Part shown: piece after piece, positions 32,670 to 40,941 of the stretch | Layout of the letters: each line of letters begins with the position of its first letter | Numbering within the stretch: the first letter of the stretch is position 1 | DNA from: a virus | IMG/VR virus record: IMGVR_UViG_3300037419_000866 | Location: 1-42,231 of that record | Direction: 5' to 3' (one strand) | Length of the DNA: 42,231 bases | The notes under the pieces: model-generated | What the model was told of the DNA's origin: nothing | Seen by the model: only the letters and a program-made list of their open reading frames with translations | Database searches by the model: none | Made by a program: the position numbers and the translations under genes

Positions 32670-34720
32670 TGGCAGACGACCGCGAACAGCTCTACGAGGC
32701 ATTGCGCAACGCTGATGCCGCCGGCGATACGAAAGCCGCGCAGCGCCTGGCCGAATATATCCAGTCTCTGCCGTCTGGCGTGCCAAACACTGAAATCGAC
32801 CCGAGCGTGCCCCGTGTGGACGTCGCCGGCCACCTTGTCCGCGACCCGCAGCCGGCCGCACAGACGGCACACGCCGATCCATCGCTTGTCGATCGAATCA
32901 TCGGCGGCGGCGAGACTGCGCTCGCACTTGCAACCGGTGCGACAACTGGGTTGGTTGGCGCCGCCGGCGGGGCCCTTGCCGGCATCGGAAAATCCATCGC
33001 TGACGGCACGTTCGGCACCCAGCAAGGCGTGTCCACGGTCGAGCAAGCCGCCGGCGAAGGCATGGGAAAGTTCACGTACGCGCCGCGCACGCCGGAAGGT
33101 CAGAAACAGACGGAAGCCTGGGGCAACCTGTTGCATTTGGCAGAGCCGGTGATGCCGCTGACTGCCGAAATGTCAGCGCTTGGGAAAGGTGTCACCACAG
33201 CTGCGGAAGGGGCTCGCGATCTCACGCCGGTCGCCCGCGGCGCCGTGGCCAAGACAGCTGAACGAATCGCTGCATCAAACGCTGCCGTGAACGCCTCCGA
33301 TGCAGAGCTGGCGGCCCAACAAGCTGCGAAACTGCGCGACCTCGTCAGGAAGCCGCAATCGACGCTGTCCGGTGTCGGCTCGGCTGCCGCGAGCAAGGAC
33401 GCGGTCAAGATGGAACGCTTCGAGCGCCTCGGCATCAAGCCTACGCTCGGCCAACTGACCCGCGATAAGGATCAGCTCAGCTTCGAACGCGAGATCGCGA
33501 AGACGAATGAAGGCAAGGCAGTCGATACACACCTGGCCGAACAGAACGCGCAGGTGAACCGTAAATTCGAAGAGCTGGCGGATGCCTATGGCCCGAACGC
33601 ATCTGACCTGCGTGAAGTCGGGAGCTCGGTGTTGGACGCGTTGGAGGCGAAGAAGGCAGAGAAAAAGGCCGAGATCAAAGCTGCGTACGACGAAGCCGAC
33701 GCGGCCGGCGAGATGGCTGCCCCCGTTGATGTGACCAATCTCGTCACGTTCGTCAAGGCCAACAAGGGCAAGGACAAGGTTGCCCCGATCATTTCGATGC
33801 TCGAGTCCGAACTCGGCCAGAACAGCACGCCAATCGGCGGGAACCTCGACAAGCTGACTCTTACCCCGACTTCCAAGCGGTTCACGATGTCTCTCCGTGG
33901 CAGCGAGGATCTGCGCCAGGCGATCAATGACGCCATGGAGCCTGGAACGCCGAACAGCGTATGGGGGAAAAAGGCGATCCGGTTGATTGACAAAGCAACC
34001 GAAGACAAGGGCGGTCCGCTCTACCAGCAGGCCCGGCGCCTCTACGAGAACTACAGCAAGGAATTCACGGATCGCGACGTCGTATCCAAGCTGCTGCGCT
34101 TCAAGCCAGGTACGCGTGACCGTGCTGTCGTTCCGGAGAGCGTGTTTCAGCACGTCATCCTGAATCCGAAGGGGAAGGACGACATCAGCCACATCTTCCG
34201 CGTGCTGGAAGCACATTCGGCCAATGCAGACCCCGCAGTTGTGGCAGCCGGCCGGCAGGCTGCAGCGAACCTTCGCGGGGCACTAGTCAACCACATCCGC
34301 GACAAGATGTTTTCGAACGGCGGCGCTAACACCTTCGGTGAGGTTGTCGGCTCCCAGAAGAAGATCCTCGACGCGGTCAATGGCCTTGACGCGCGCGGCA
34401 AGCTGCGTGCCGTGCTGGGCCGTGACGGCGCGGAGTTCGTTCGCGATCTGCGCGATGCAGCGGTCGACCTCTACACGCTGCCGGAAGGGGTCTCTCAGCC
34501 ATCGAATAACGCCGGGCGAATCATCACCGCAATCGAATCGCTTGAGAAGCGTACGAAGCGAATCCCGGTGGCCGAGCAGGTAACGGGATACGTAGGCGAT
34601 CGTGCACGCGAGCGTGTTATCGCCAAGCGCATTGAGAAGGCTCTCAACCCCAAACCAGCTATCAACAACACACCATTCAACTCGCCGCAGAAGCGCCCTG
34701 CCGGCGCACCTGTGCACTGA
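32666..34720 (+). CDS. Internal virion / DNA-transfer protein (684 aa; alternative ATG at 32669)
   Basis: Large helical protein that overlaps the upstream stop. It sits in the P22 gp16 slot. Confidence 0.6.
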   Translation: MMADDREQLYEALRNADAAGDTKAAQRLAEYIQSLPSGVPNTEIDPSVPRVDVAGHLVRDPQPAAQTAHADPSLVDRIIGGGETALALATGATTGLVGAAGGALAGIGKSIADGTFGTQQGVSTVEQAAGEGMGKFTYAPRTPEGQKQTEAWGNLLHLAEPVMPLTAEMSALGKGVTTAAEGARDLTPVARGAVAKTAERIAASNAAVNASDAELAAQQAAKLRDLVRKPQSTLSGVGSAAASKDAVKMERFERLGIKPTLGQLTRDKDQLSFEREIAKTNEGKAVDTHLAEQNAQVNRKFEELADAYGPNASDLREVGSSVLDALEAKKAEKKAEIKAAYDEADAAGEMAAPVDVTNLVTFVKANKGKDKVAPIISMLESELGQNSTPIGGNLDKLTLTPTSKRFTMSLRGSEDLRQAINDAMEPGTPNSVWGKKAIRLIDKATEDKGGPLYQQARRLYENYSKEFTDRDVVSKLLRFKPGTRDRAVVPESVFQHVILNPKGKDDISHIFRVLEAHSANADPAVVAAGRQAAANLRGALVNHIRDKMFSNGGANTFGEVVGSQKKILDAVNGLDARGKLRAVLGRDGAEFVRDLRDAAVDLYTLPEGVSQPSNNAGRIITAIESLEKRTKRIPVAEQVTGYVGDRARERVIAKRIEKALNPKPAINNTPFNSPQKRPAGAPVH

Positions 34721-34732
34721 TCGAGGACCCGC

Positions 34733-36841
34733 ATGCTCCCAGTCGAACAACCCTTCAAGACCTACACCGGCATCGACGGCAAGCCGCTGACCGACGGATC
34801 GGTGTACTTTGGCATCGCCGGCCAAGACCCGATCACGCACCCGGTGACGGTGTACTGGGACGCAGCCGGTACGCTGCCCGTGTTCCAACCTGCACGCACC
34901 GTCAACGGCTACATCGTCAACGATTCCGGATCGGCGGCGAACGTGTTTTACGACGGTGCCTACTCGACATCGGTGATCGATTCCAAAGGGCGGCAAGTTT
35001 TCTATGCGCAGACGTCCGACAGCTTCAGTATCGGTGCAACCGTCCTTGGTCTCAGTAAGCCAGGCGGCGGCACGCAGATCGGTTGCATTTTGTCGACCAC
35101 TGGCGCGCGTCAACGCAACGTCACTGATAAAGCATTCGAAACAGTCAGCCTGGATGACTTCACCGGCGTCGATCCAACCGGCGCGACCGACTCGACGGCG
35201 GGGGTGCAGGCCGCATTCACATGGCTTTCGGGTGGTAACCGCAAACTGATCGGCACACCCGGCGCGTCATACAAGGTCAGCGCCTCGATCCACTTGGCCG
35301 GCAACAGCGTGTGTTTCGATGGACGCGAGTGCATCATTATCAACGCGATCAACGGCCCGGGAGGTGGCGCGGCTGATCCGTTGATCGCCCTGACGACCAC
35401 CAGCGGCAATTTCAACAAGATCAAGAACTTCCAGGTTCAGTACGACACCCCGGCTAACAAGGGTCATACGATCTCGATCATCGGCAACGGCCAGAACCCG
35501 CAGGTGACGGTCATCCGCAACGTGCGCCCGAATTACCAGATCGGTCTGGGCAAGGATCACAACGGCGCATCGATGGCGGCCTACACCGTCTATGCGTACG
35601 GAGTGTATTCGGTCTACTGCGACGAGGTGTACGCACAGAACGGAAGCGGCGGTCTGTACTTCGACACGGTGCAGAAGGTCTCCGCGCGCCGCTGCGTGAT
35701 CGACAGCGCGGCCAACTGGGGCATGTACTTCGACGGCTGCGCGAGCGTCATGGTGACGGACATGAACAACCTGACCGGCTGCGGCCAGGATGCGCAAGCG
35801 GCGGTCTACTACAACAACTGCGAGTGCTTCGTCTTCCGCGGGAACCGGGTCAAGGGTGGCCTGGGCGCCGAGATCATGTCGGGTGTCACGCCGTCGCGCA
35901 GCGTCACGATCGCCGACAACCACCTCGAGATCTACACCGCCAACAAGAATGCGATCTACGCGAAGACCAACACGGATTCGCTGACGATCGAGAACAACTA
36001 CATCAAGTTCATCGGTGGGAATGGTCCGTTCAATGCCGCCGTTTGCATTGACGATGTGGGGGTAGCCACGCAGGCCCGCAGCGCGATTGCCATCCGCCGC
36101 AACCGCGTCGTCGTCGGCGGTGCGGAAACGCTGGGCAACGGCGTGTTGCTGACCACCGCAACGGACCAGATCAACGGCGCCATCGTCGAGTCGAACACTT
36201 TCGGCGGCCCAGGCGTGGCAGCCATCATCACGAACGCGATCAACTTCGCGTGCACCGGTACCGGGAACCGAGCCACGAACAACACCATCGGATCGGCAAA
36301 CGTCACGGTGACGAATGGCGTGGTTCTCGGCGCTGGAGCGACGAACACCATTGCGAAAGACAACCCGACCGGCGGCGCCGTGACGAATCCGCTCGTGAAC
36401 AACGGCACCGGCACGCGCCGCTACCTTTCCCAGGACATCGTCCCAGTCCTGAAGGGTAAGACGACCGCAGGCACGAACGCGTACAGCAAGCAGCTGGGGA
36501 CCGTGCGCATGGTCGAGGACGTCGTGCACTTCACGGCCACCGTCCAGCTCAGCTCCCTTGATGCGTCGCTGAATGGCTTCGCGGTGATCGAGTTGGACAG
36601 CACGGCGCTGGGCATACCGAAGGCCAAGAACAGGGCCAACCAGTTTTTCTCCGTCTCGCTGTCGAACGAGGTGTTCAACACGCCAGCAGGTTGCATCGGC
36701 GTGAAGGCATACATCCAACCCGGCACGACCGAGGTCTGGTTCGCATTCACACAGGCGAACGCGGCGGCTGTTTCCGCGACCCAGGCGCACGTCACGGCCT
36801 CGTTCTTCGTGAGCGTGACTGGCTCGTATATCGCAGGCTAA
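34733..36841 (+). CDS. Tailspike with a pectate-lyase-like right-handed beta-helix (polysaccharide depolymerase candidate)
   Basis: It has an N-terminal particle-binding-type motif YTGIDGKPLTDGSVYFG...VYWD and FTGVDPTGATDSTAGVQAAF (Pectate_lyase_3-like). Multiple NN/GN-rich repeats are typical of beta-helix coils. Confidence 0.8.
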   Translation: MLPVEQPFKTYTGIDGKPLTDGSVYFGIAGQDPITHPVTVYWDAAGTLPVFQPARTVNGYIVNDSGSAANVFYDGAYSTSVIDSKGRQVFYAQTSDSFSIGATVLGLSKPGGGTQIGCILSTTGARQRNVTDKAFETVSLDDFTGVDPTGATDSTAGVQAAFTWLSGGNRKLIGTPGASYKVSASIHLAGNSVCFDGRECIIINAINGPGGGAADPLIALTTTSGNFNKIKNFQVQYDTPANKGHTISIIGNGQNPQVTVIRNVRPNYQIGLGKDHNGASMAAYTVYAYGVYSVYCDEVYAQNGSGGLYFDTVQKVSARRCVIDSAANWGMYFDGCASVMVTDMNNLTGCGQDAQAAVYYNNCECFVFRGNRVKGGLGAEIMSGVTPSRSVTIADNHLEIYTANKNAIYAKTNTDSLTIENNYIKFIGGNGPFNAAVCIDDVGVATQARSAIAIRRNRVVVGGAETLGNGVLLTTATDQINGAIVESNTFGGPGVAAIITNAINFACTGTGNRATNNTIGSANVTVTNGVVLGAGATNTIAKDNPTGGAVTNPLVNNGTGTRRYLSQDIVPVLKGKTTAGTNAYSKQLGTVRMVEDVVHFTATVQLSSLDASLNGFAVIELDSTALGIPKAKNRANQFFSVSLSNEVFNTPAGCIGVKAYIQPGTTEVWFAFTQANAAAVSATQAHVTASFFVSVTGSYIAG

Positions 36842-36871
36842 TTTATTCCTCTAACCACCGCAACCACAACT

Positions 36872-37267
36872 ATGAAAGTCCAAAACATGAGCGAACCCAT
36901 CACGACCGGGGCGGCCGGCGTCGCAGGCTGGAAAATCCTCGGCGGCCTGGCCGGCGTCGGGGGGATTGGCGCCGGGCTGGCGACCTACGTCGTCATGACG
37001 ATGACGAAACCGAAAACGGATCAGGAATGGCACGTTGCTCTGATCACTACCATCATCGGGTCGATCTGCGGCGGCGCGGCGCTGGTCCAGTACATGGGCT
37101 GGCAGCACTGGGCCGAAAGTCTCATCGGCCTGATGGGCCTGATTGGCGTGTGCTTTGCCTGTGGCCTACCGTCCTGGCTGATCGTGCGCGCGCTGTTCGC
37201 GTACATCGACAAGAAGCGCGACGCCGACATCACCGAGATCGTCAAGGACGTGAAGGAGATGATCTGA
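36872..37267 (+). CDS. Holin (131 aa, about three TM segments) with a possible dual start
   Basis: It is the first gene of the lysis cassette. MKVQNMSEP gives two in-frame Met codons separated by a Lys, as in lambda S107/S105. The hydrophobic segments are ILGGLAGVGGIGAGLATYVV, VALITTIIGSICGGAALV and LIGLMGLIGVCFACGL. Confidence 0.7.
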   Translation: MKVQNMSEPITTGAAGVAGWKILGGLAGVGGIGAGLATYVVMTMTKPKTDQEWHVALITTIIGSICGGAALVQYMGWQHWAESLIGLMGLIGVCFACGLPSWLIVRALFAYIDKKRDADITEIVKDVKEMI

Positions 37268-37722
37268 TGCCACCCAGCGCATTTATCGGCATGCTGGCCC
37301 AGGCCGCGCAGGACTGCCAGCGCAGGACCGGGATTCCGGCCTCCATCACCCTCGCCCAAGCCGCACTCGAATCCAGCTGGGGCGCGCGCGCGATCGGCAA
37401 CAACCTGTTCGGCATCAAGGCGGACAAGTCGTGGACCGGCCCGACCGTCAGTTTCGCGACAACGGAGCACCTCGGCGGCAAGGACGTCGGTCTGGTCGAC
37501 AAGTTCCGCCGCTACCCGAGCTGGCTGGACAGCATGATCGACCATGCCCAGTTCCTGCTGAAGAACCCGCGCTATGCCCCCTGCTTCAAGGAGACGAACG
37601 GCGCCGGCTGGGCCAAGCAGTTGCAGGCCTGTGGGTATGCCACCGACCCTGACTACGCCAAGAAGCTGATCGACATCATGCGCGGCCGGAACCTCGCCTT
37701 CTACGACGAGGTGCATTCGTGA
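37267..37722 (+). CDS. Endolysin, GH73 glucosaminidase (FlgJ-like) (151 aa)
   Basis: The start at MPPSAFIG overlaps the holin stop (TGATG). The motifs are LAQAALESSWG, NNLFGIKA and YATDPDYAKKL. Confidence 0.8.
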   Translation: MPPSAFIGMLAQAAQDCQRRTGIPASITLAQAALESSWGARAIGNNLFGIKADKSWTGPTVSFATTEHLGGKDVGLVDKFRRYPSWLDSMIDHAQFLLKNPRYAPCFKETNGAGWAKQLQACGYATDPDYAKKLIDIMRGRNLAFYDEVHS

Positions 37723-38228
37723 CCGCGCTCGAGCGCCTGCTCGTCGGGCTGGCCGTGGCCGTGGTGCTTGCCACGGGCGCATGGATTGGCGTGCACGGCT
37801 ACGGCGCCGAGCAGTACGACGCCGGATACGCGGCTGCTGTTGACGCCGGCAAGAAGCAGCGCGACCGCGATACCTATCTCAACCAGCAAACCGAGGACGA
37901 GCTGCGCACCATGCTCGCCGCGAAGGACGCTGACGCACATCGAAAGGAACAGGAATATGCATCGAATCTCGCTGATGCTCAGCGCCGCGTGCGCGCTGGC
38001 ACTGACCGGCTGCGCTGTCCCGCAGCAGATCCCGTACAGCCCGGCGCCACGGCCGCAGATCGACCCGCTGCCGCCGGCGCTCCAGCTGACGGACAAGGAC
38101 CGGACGTTGTGCCGGAAGCTGCTGCAGACCTTCTCAGCATCGCCGCCGACGTTGCGGGACTCGTGCGGCGATACGACCAGGTCGTCGAACGGTTCGAAGC
38201 CTGCCGGGCCGTGAACGCGAGGCCGTGA
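37719..38228 (+). CDS. Rz: i-spanin (Rz-like)
   Basis: It has a GTG start overlapping the endolysin stop, an N-terminal TM segment LLVGLAVAVVLATGAWIG, and a charged coiled-coil periplasmic part. Confidence 0.75.
   Translation: MTALERLLVGLAVAVVLATGAWIGVHGYGAEQYDAGYAAAVDAGKKQRDRDTYLNQQTEDELRTMLAAKDADAHRKEQEYASNLADAQRRVRAGTDRLRCPAADPVQPGATAADRPAAAGAPADGQGPDVVPEAAADLLSIAADVAGLVRRYDQVVERFEACRAVNARP
37957..38214 (+). CDS. Rz1: o-spanin (Rz1-like lipoprotein) embedded in the +1 frame of Rz
   Basis: The ATG at 37957 follows AAAGGAACAGGAAT. It has the signal and lipobox MHRISLMLSAACALALTGC and a Pro-rich mature part. Confidence 0.75.
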   Translation: MHRISLMLSAACALALTGCAVPQQIPYSPAPRPQIDPLPPALQLTDKDRTLCRKLLQTFSASPPTLRDSCGDTTRSSNGSKPAGP

Positions 38229-38365
38229 TGGATTTCCACGTTAGCACCCCGGTGGAGACCGAGCTCGTCATGGAGACGGAGAACGGTCGCGTGGTTGAAG
38301 TGTGGCCGGCGCCGCCCTCGTCGCTACCCGCCGCCGCGCCGGTTCCGCCAGCACCCGGCAAATGA
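38228..38365 (+). CDS. 45-aa ORF coupled to the Rz stop (uncertain)
   Basis: Hand translation gives MDFHVSTPVETELVMETENGRVVEVWPAPPSSLPAAAPVPPAPGK, with a TGATG overlap at 38226-38230. It conflicts with the 3' end of minus ORF 38268..38480. Confidence 0.3.
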   Translation: MDFHVSTPVETELVMETENGRVVEVWPAPPSSLPAAAPVPPAPGK

Positions 38366-38480
38366 CTGCGAAGCCGATACCGCGGCTGACAAGGAAGTTG
38401 GCCGCGACATGTACGTCATCCATGGCCAGCGCCTGTTCGACAGCGCGGGCAAGTTCGGTGTTTGGGCGGTCGGTGAGCAT
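38268..38480 (-). CDS. 70-aa ORF downstream of the SOS-box promoter (uncertain; antirepressor or SOS-effector candidate)
   Basis: Track ORF. The first 45 aa look helical and HTH-like (ELARAVEQALAMDDVHVAANFLVSRGIGFAVICRVLA), while the C-terminal part is Arg/Pro-rich. Position-specific GC is symmetric with the opposite plus frame, so composition cannot decide between them. Confidence 0.35.
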   Translation of the reverse strand: MLTDRPNTELARAVEQALAMDDVHVAANFLVSRGIGFAVICRVLAEPARRRVATRAAPATLQPRDRSPSP

Positions 38481-38530
38481 GCTCTGATCGTACGGCCACC
38501 ACGCAGCCAGCAGCTTGCGACCGCTCAGCC

Positions 38531-38560
38531 ATTATACTGTGCGTTCATACAGTATTTCAT
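38531..38560 (-). promoter_or_regulatory. SOS-regulated promoter: LexA box TACTGTATGAACGCACAGTA (38535-38554) overlapping a TATAAT -10
   Basis: The minus strand reads ATGAAA (38555-38560), an 18-nt spacer, then TATAAT (38531-38536). The CTGT-N8-ACAG box fills the spacer and runs into the -10, the same layout as the E. coli recA promoter (TACTGTATGAGCATACAGTATAAT). Confidence 0.65.
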
Positions 38561-38567
38561 CGCGAAC

Positions 38568-38864
38568 ATGTACGGAAAAGTGAAGCGGCTCCGCGACCAC
38601 GGTCGGCGCTTGTCGAACCGAGAAATCAACCAGATGCCGGCCGTCGAAGGCGCGCTCACGCTCGCCGCGGTGCGGTCGACCTATGTCCTTGAGATCCGGC
38701 GCCACGATTCGCAGGTCGGGCCCGGCCTGCTGCCAGCGCTGTACGAGGCACGTCTCGTGGCCATGCACACGGGAGGCATGCTGTTCAGGGGCGAAGAGCG
38801 GCCGCAGGGTGACGATGGGCCGGCGTACGTGCAGGAGTGGTCGGTGATGGTCGAGCCAAAATAG
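38568..38864 (+). CDS. Hypothetical moron protein (98 aa)
   Basis: My hand count gives GC3 about 82%, GC1 about 72% and GC2 about 44%, which supports the plus frame over the antisense ORF 38532..38768. The codons upstream (TTA TAC TGT ... ATA CAG TAT) are atypical, so the start was placed at ATG 38568. The RBS is weak. Confidence 0.55.
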   Translation: MYGKVKRLRDHGRRLSNREINQMPAVEGALTLAAVRSTYVLEIRRHDSQVGPGLLPALYEARLVAMHTGGMLFRGEERPQGDDGPAYVQEWSVMVEPK

Positions 38865-39093
38865 CCAGATTTTTTACTGAAATACAGCGGTAAGTCATTG
38901 TTTTTCGTGGTGGCATACAGTGGTTTTTGGTGGGTCAAAAATGAGCCGAGAACGACCGTAAAGCACTGAGTTTATAGGGGGAATTGCCTTCAACCGTACC
39001 CTACCGATACGATATAGCTGCGAAGGCTTGAAACGCAGTATCCATGCGGGTTTCAGCGATTCCTACAGAAATTCGTAGAATATTTTACGAAAA
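38865..39093. other. attP region (AT-richer, repeat-rich, adjacent to the int 3' end)
   Basis: The position is lambda-like. Direct repeats ATACAG(C/T)GGT occur at about 38883 and about 38917. Inverted repeats are TTGAAAC...GTTTCA at about 39028-39053 and TTCGTA-N8-TACGAA at 39072-39091. The core site cannot be defined without the host sequence. Confidence 0.55.
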
Positions 39094-40194
39094 TCACCCG
39101 GCCGCAACGATCTTCCATTCGCCGCGAAGGTCATCATACTTGGCCGTCGTCGCCGCATGCTTGTGCCCCAAGATCATCTGCGCGAATTCGCCGCCGTACT
39201 CGTCCCGGTAGAGGCGCTCCGCCAAGCTTCGGATCTCATGGAACGTTACCGGCGTGCGCCCTTCTTTTGGCTTGACGCCCGCCGTCTCCCGCGCGGAAAT
39301 GAACGCCTGGCCTAGCCCTTTCCCATCGACGCGGTGTCCCGGCTTGACCGTTCCTGTGTTGCGCACGTGGTGCACGAGGAAATGGCTGGCAATCGAGTCG
39401 CGGCAGCTTTTGACCACGTCGGCGATCGACATTCCGAGCTTCGCCAGCCGGATTTCGCCATCGAGGGCGAGCCGAGTTTTCCCGCCGCTCTTCCCTTGGG
39501 CCACGTGCAGGCGCCCGTCCCGCCAGTCCGAGAATTTCATGGACAAGATGTCTTCACGGCGCTGTCCGGTGAGCAGCGCGATGTTCATGGCGTTCCTCAG
39601 CCAAACTGGGCCCGCGTCGCGGATCGCCAAAAACTGTTCGAAGCTCATTCGCTCGCGCGCGACTACGACGCGCGGCGCGCGCGTTGCATCGACCGGGCTG
39701 GCGCCGTTCTTGATCAGACCCTGAGTCTCGGCCCACCGGAATATGTCCTTGAGCCGGGCTCGCATCATCGTCGCGGCCGTCGCGCCGTGGGCCTCCTTGT
39801 ATTCCTTGAGGTATGTCGCAATCGTCTCGGTGTCGATGTCGGCCAAACGGCGCTTCGCGAAGGCCGTAGCCTCCAGGCGTCGCCAGTAGACAGCGTAGTT
39901 GATCAGCGTGTTTTCAGCCGGCTTTGTCTCCTCTGCCCACAGCTGCTTGTACACGGGAAGCCACCCTTCCAGCGTGTACTCTGTCTTCCCCATCACCCAG
40001 TCGACGAGCGACGAGGGCTCACGTGTCGCAAGCGCGGCATTCGCCTTGCGCGCCTCTTGAAAGGCATGTGCGCGGTCCCTGCCGAGACCCTTTTGCCTCT
40101 TCGTGTCGGGGTCCTTATAGTAGAAGTAGCCCGCCGGATTCTGGTACAGGTTCGGCGGGAAGCCACGGTTCTTCGCTAATCGTTTGCGGCCCAT
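39094..40194 (-). CDS. int: Tyrosine integrase, lambda Int family (366 aa)
   Basis: It has the N-terminal arm-binding-type motif FPPNLYQNPAGYFYYKDPDTKRQKGLG and the catalytic region ALLTGQRREDI...FHEIRSLA...LGHKHAATTAKY (R, H-x-x-R, Y). Confidence 0.9.
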   Translation of the reverse strand: MGRKRLAKNRGFPPNLYQNPAGYFYYKDPDTKRQKGLGRDRAHAFQEARKANAALATREPSSLVDWVMGKTEYTLEGWLPVYKQLWAEETKPAENTLINYAVYWRRLEATAFAKRRLADIDTETIATYLKEYKEAHGATAATMMRARLKDIFRWAETQGLIKNGASPVDATRAPRVVVARERMSFEQFLAIRDAGPVWLRNAMNIALLTGQRREDILSMKFSDWRDGRLHVAQGKSGGKTRLALDGEIRLAKLGMSIADVVKSCRDSIASHFLVHHVRNTGTVKPGHRVDGKGLGQAFISARETAGVKPKEGRTPVTFHEIRSLAERLYRDEYGGEFAQMILGHKHAATTAKYDDLRGEWKIVAAG

Positions 40195-40195
40195 A

Positions 40196-40387
40196 TCAGT
40201 CGTTCACGTATTTCGCTTCGCGCTTCACCCGCCACAGCCGCCCGATCTTCTCGGGCTGCGGCTGGATCCGCCCATCGTTGACCCAGCGCCGGAGCGTGTT
40301 CACGTGCGGGACCGGGGAAAACATCGTCGCGGCCCATTCCTGTAGGGTGATGTAGCGCGACTGGATCATTGGCTTCGTGCTCTGCAT
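40196..40387 (-). CDS. xis: Excisionase, lambda Xis-like (63 aa)
   Basis: YITLQEWAATMFSPVPHVNTLRRWVNDGRIQPQPEKIG parallels lambda Xis (YLTLQEWNARQRRPRSLETVRRWVRECRIFPPPVKDG). The start was set at the second ATG, with AGGAG 6 nt upstream. Confidence 0.85.
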   Translation of the reverse strand: MQSTKPMIQSRYITLQEWAATMFSPVPHVNTLRRWVNDGRIQPQPEKIGRLWRVKREAKYVND

Positions 40388-40569
40388 TCTCATCTCCTAT
40401 TCCGTCCCCGATTCCTCAAACCTGCGCGTGTCGCCGCGGAACATCATCGACAGCGGCATGGGGCGCACGGTGGTCCTGTTGCGGCGCTCGTAGTTCGGCC
40501 GGCGCCGGTCATTGGCCGGGCTGCTGAAGTGCGACGATACACTTCGTCGCCGGTCCTGCTTTCGCTCGA

Positions 40570-40941
40570 TCATGAGGTGATCTCCTTGTGGTTTTGGCGC
40601 GCCCTCTGATCAGCCGCAACTGCATCGCGCTGGGCCTGGCGGACCTGCTCGGCGGTGTAGTAGTGGCCCGGCTTGCCAGGAATGTGCCACGATTCCAGCG
40701 CGGCCTTTGGCAGAGGCGGCAGGCCGTCCTCGCCCACGGCAGGAGCGCGGCGATTCCACCATTCAGCGGCGAGCGCCTTGGCGTCGTGCAGCGGTCCTTC
40801 CGCCGTGCAGTTATGGCACAGGACCATGTAGCCGTGGCCAGTGAAATGCTCGTGCGTGGCCACGTCGTTCGATGCGCAGAACGGGCAGTTTGCGAGTTCC
40901 GGCGCAGCGCGCTCGGCTTCCGGGTTGTGGTCCTTGCTCAT
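40570..40941 (-). CDS. lar: Lar-family restriction-alleviation-like protein with a C-terminal extension (123 aa)
   Basis: CPFCASNDVATHEHFTGHGYMVLCHNCTAEGPLHDAKALAAEWWNRR is the Lar-type zinc ribbon plus AIxxWNRR signature. About 60 extra C-terminal residues follow. Confidence 0.65.
   Translation of the reverse strand: MSKDHNPEAERAAPELANCPFCASNDVATHEHFTGHGYMVLCHNCTAEGPLHDAKALAAEWWNRRAPAVGEDGLPPLPKAALESWHIPGKPGHYYTAEQVRQAQRDAVAADQRARQNHKEITS

Noticed and set aside
38532-38768. Minus-strand ORF of 78 aa antisense to 38568..38864
   Set aside because: By my hand count the plus frame has GC3 about 82%, GC1 about 72% and GC2 about 44%, the expected coding gradient. The minus frame would have GC2 above GC1.
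40394-40573. Apparent 58-aa minus-strand ORF between the Lar-like gene and xis, and a 7-bp hairpin GCGACGA-N6-TCGTCGC at 40530-40549
   Set aside because: Re-reading the sequence (four T at 40559-40562) breaks the frame into pieces of 21, 22 and 16 aa with no support. The hairpin has no T-tract and no evident partner element, so the region is left as unexplained non-coding sequence.
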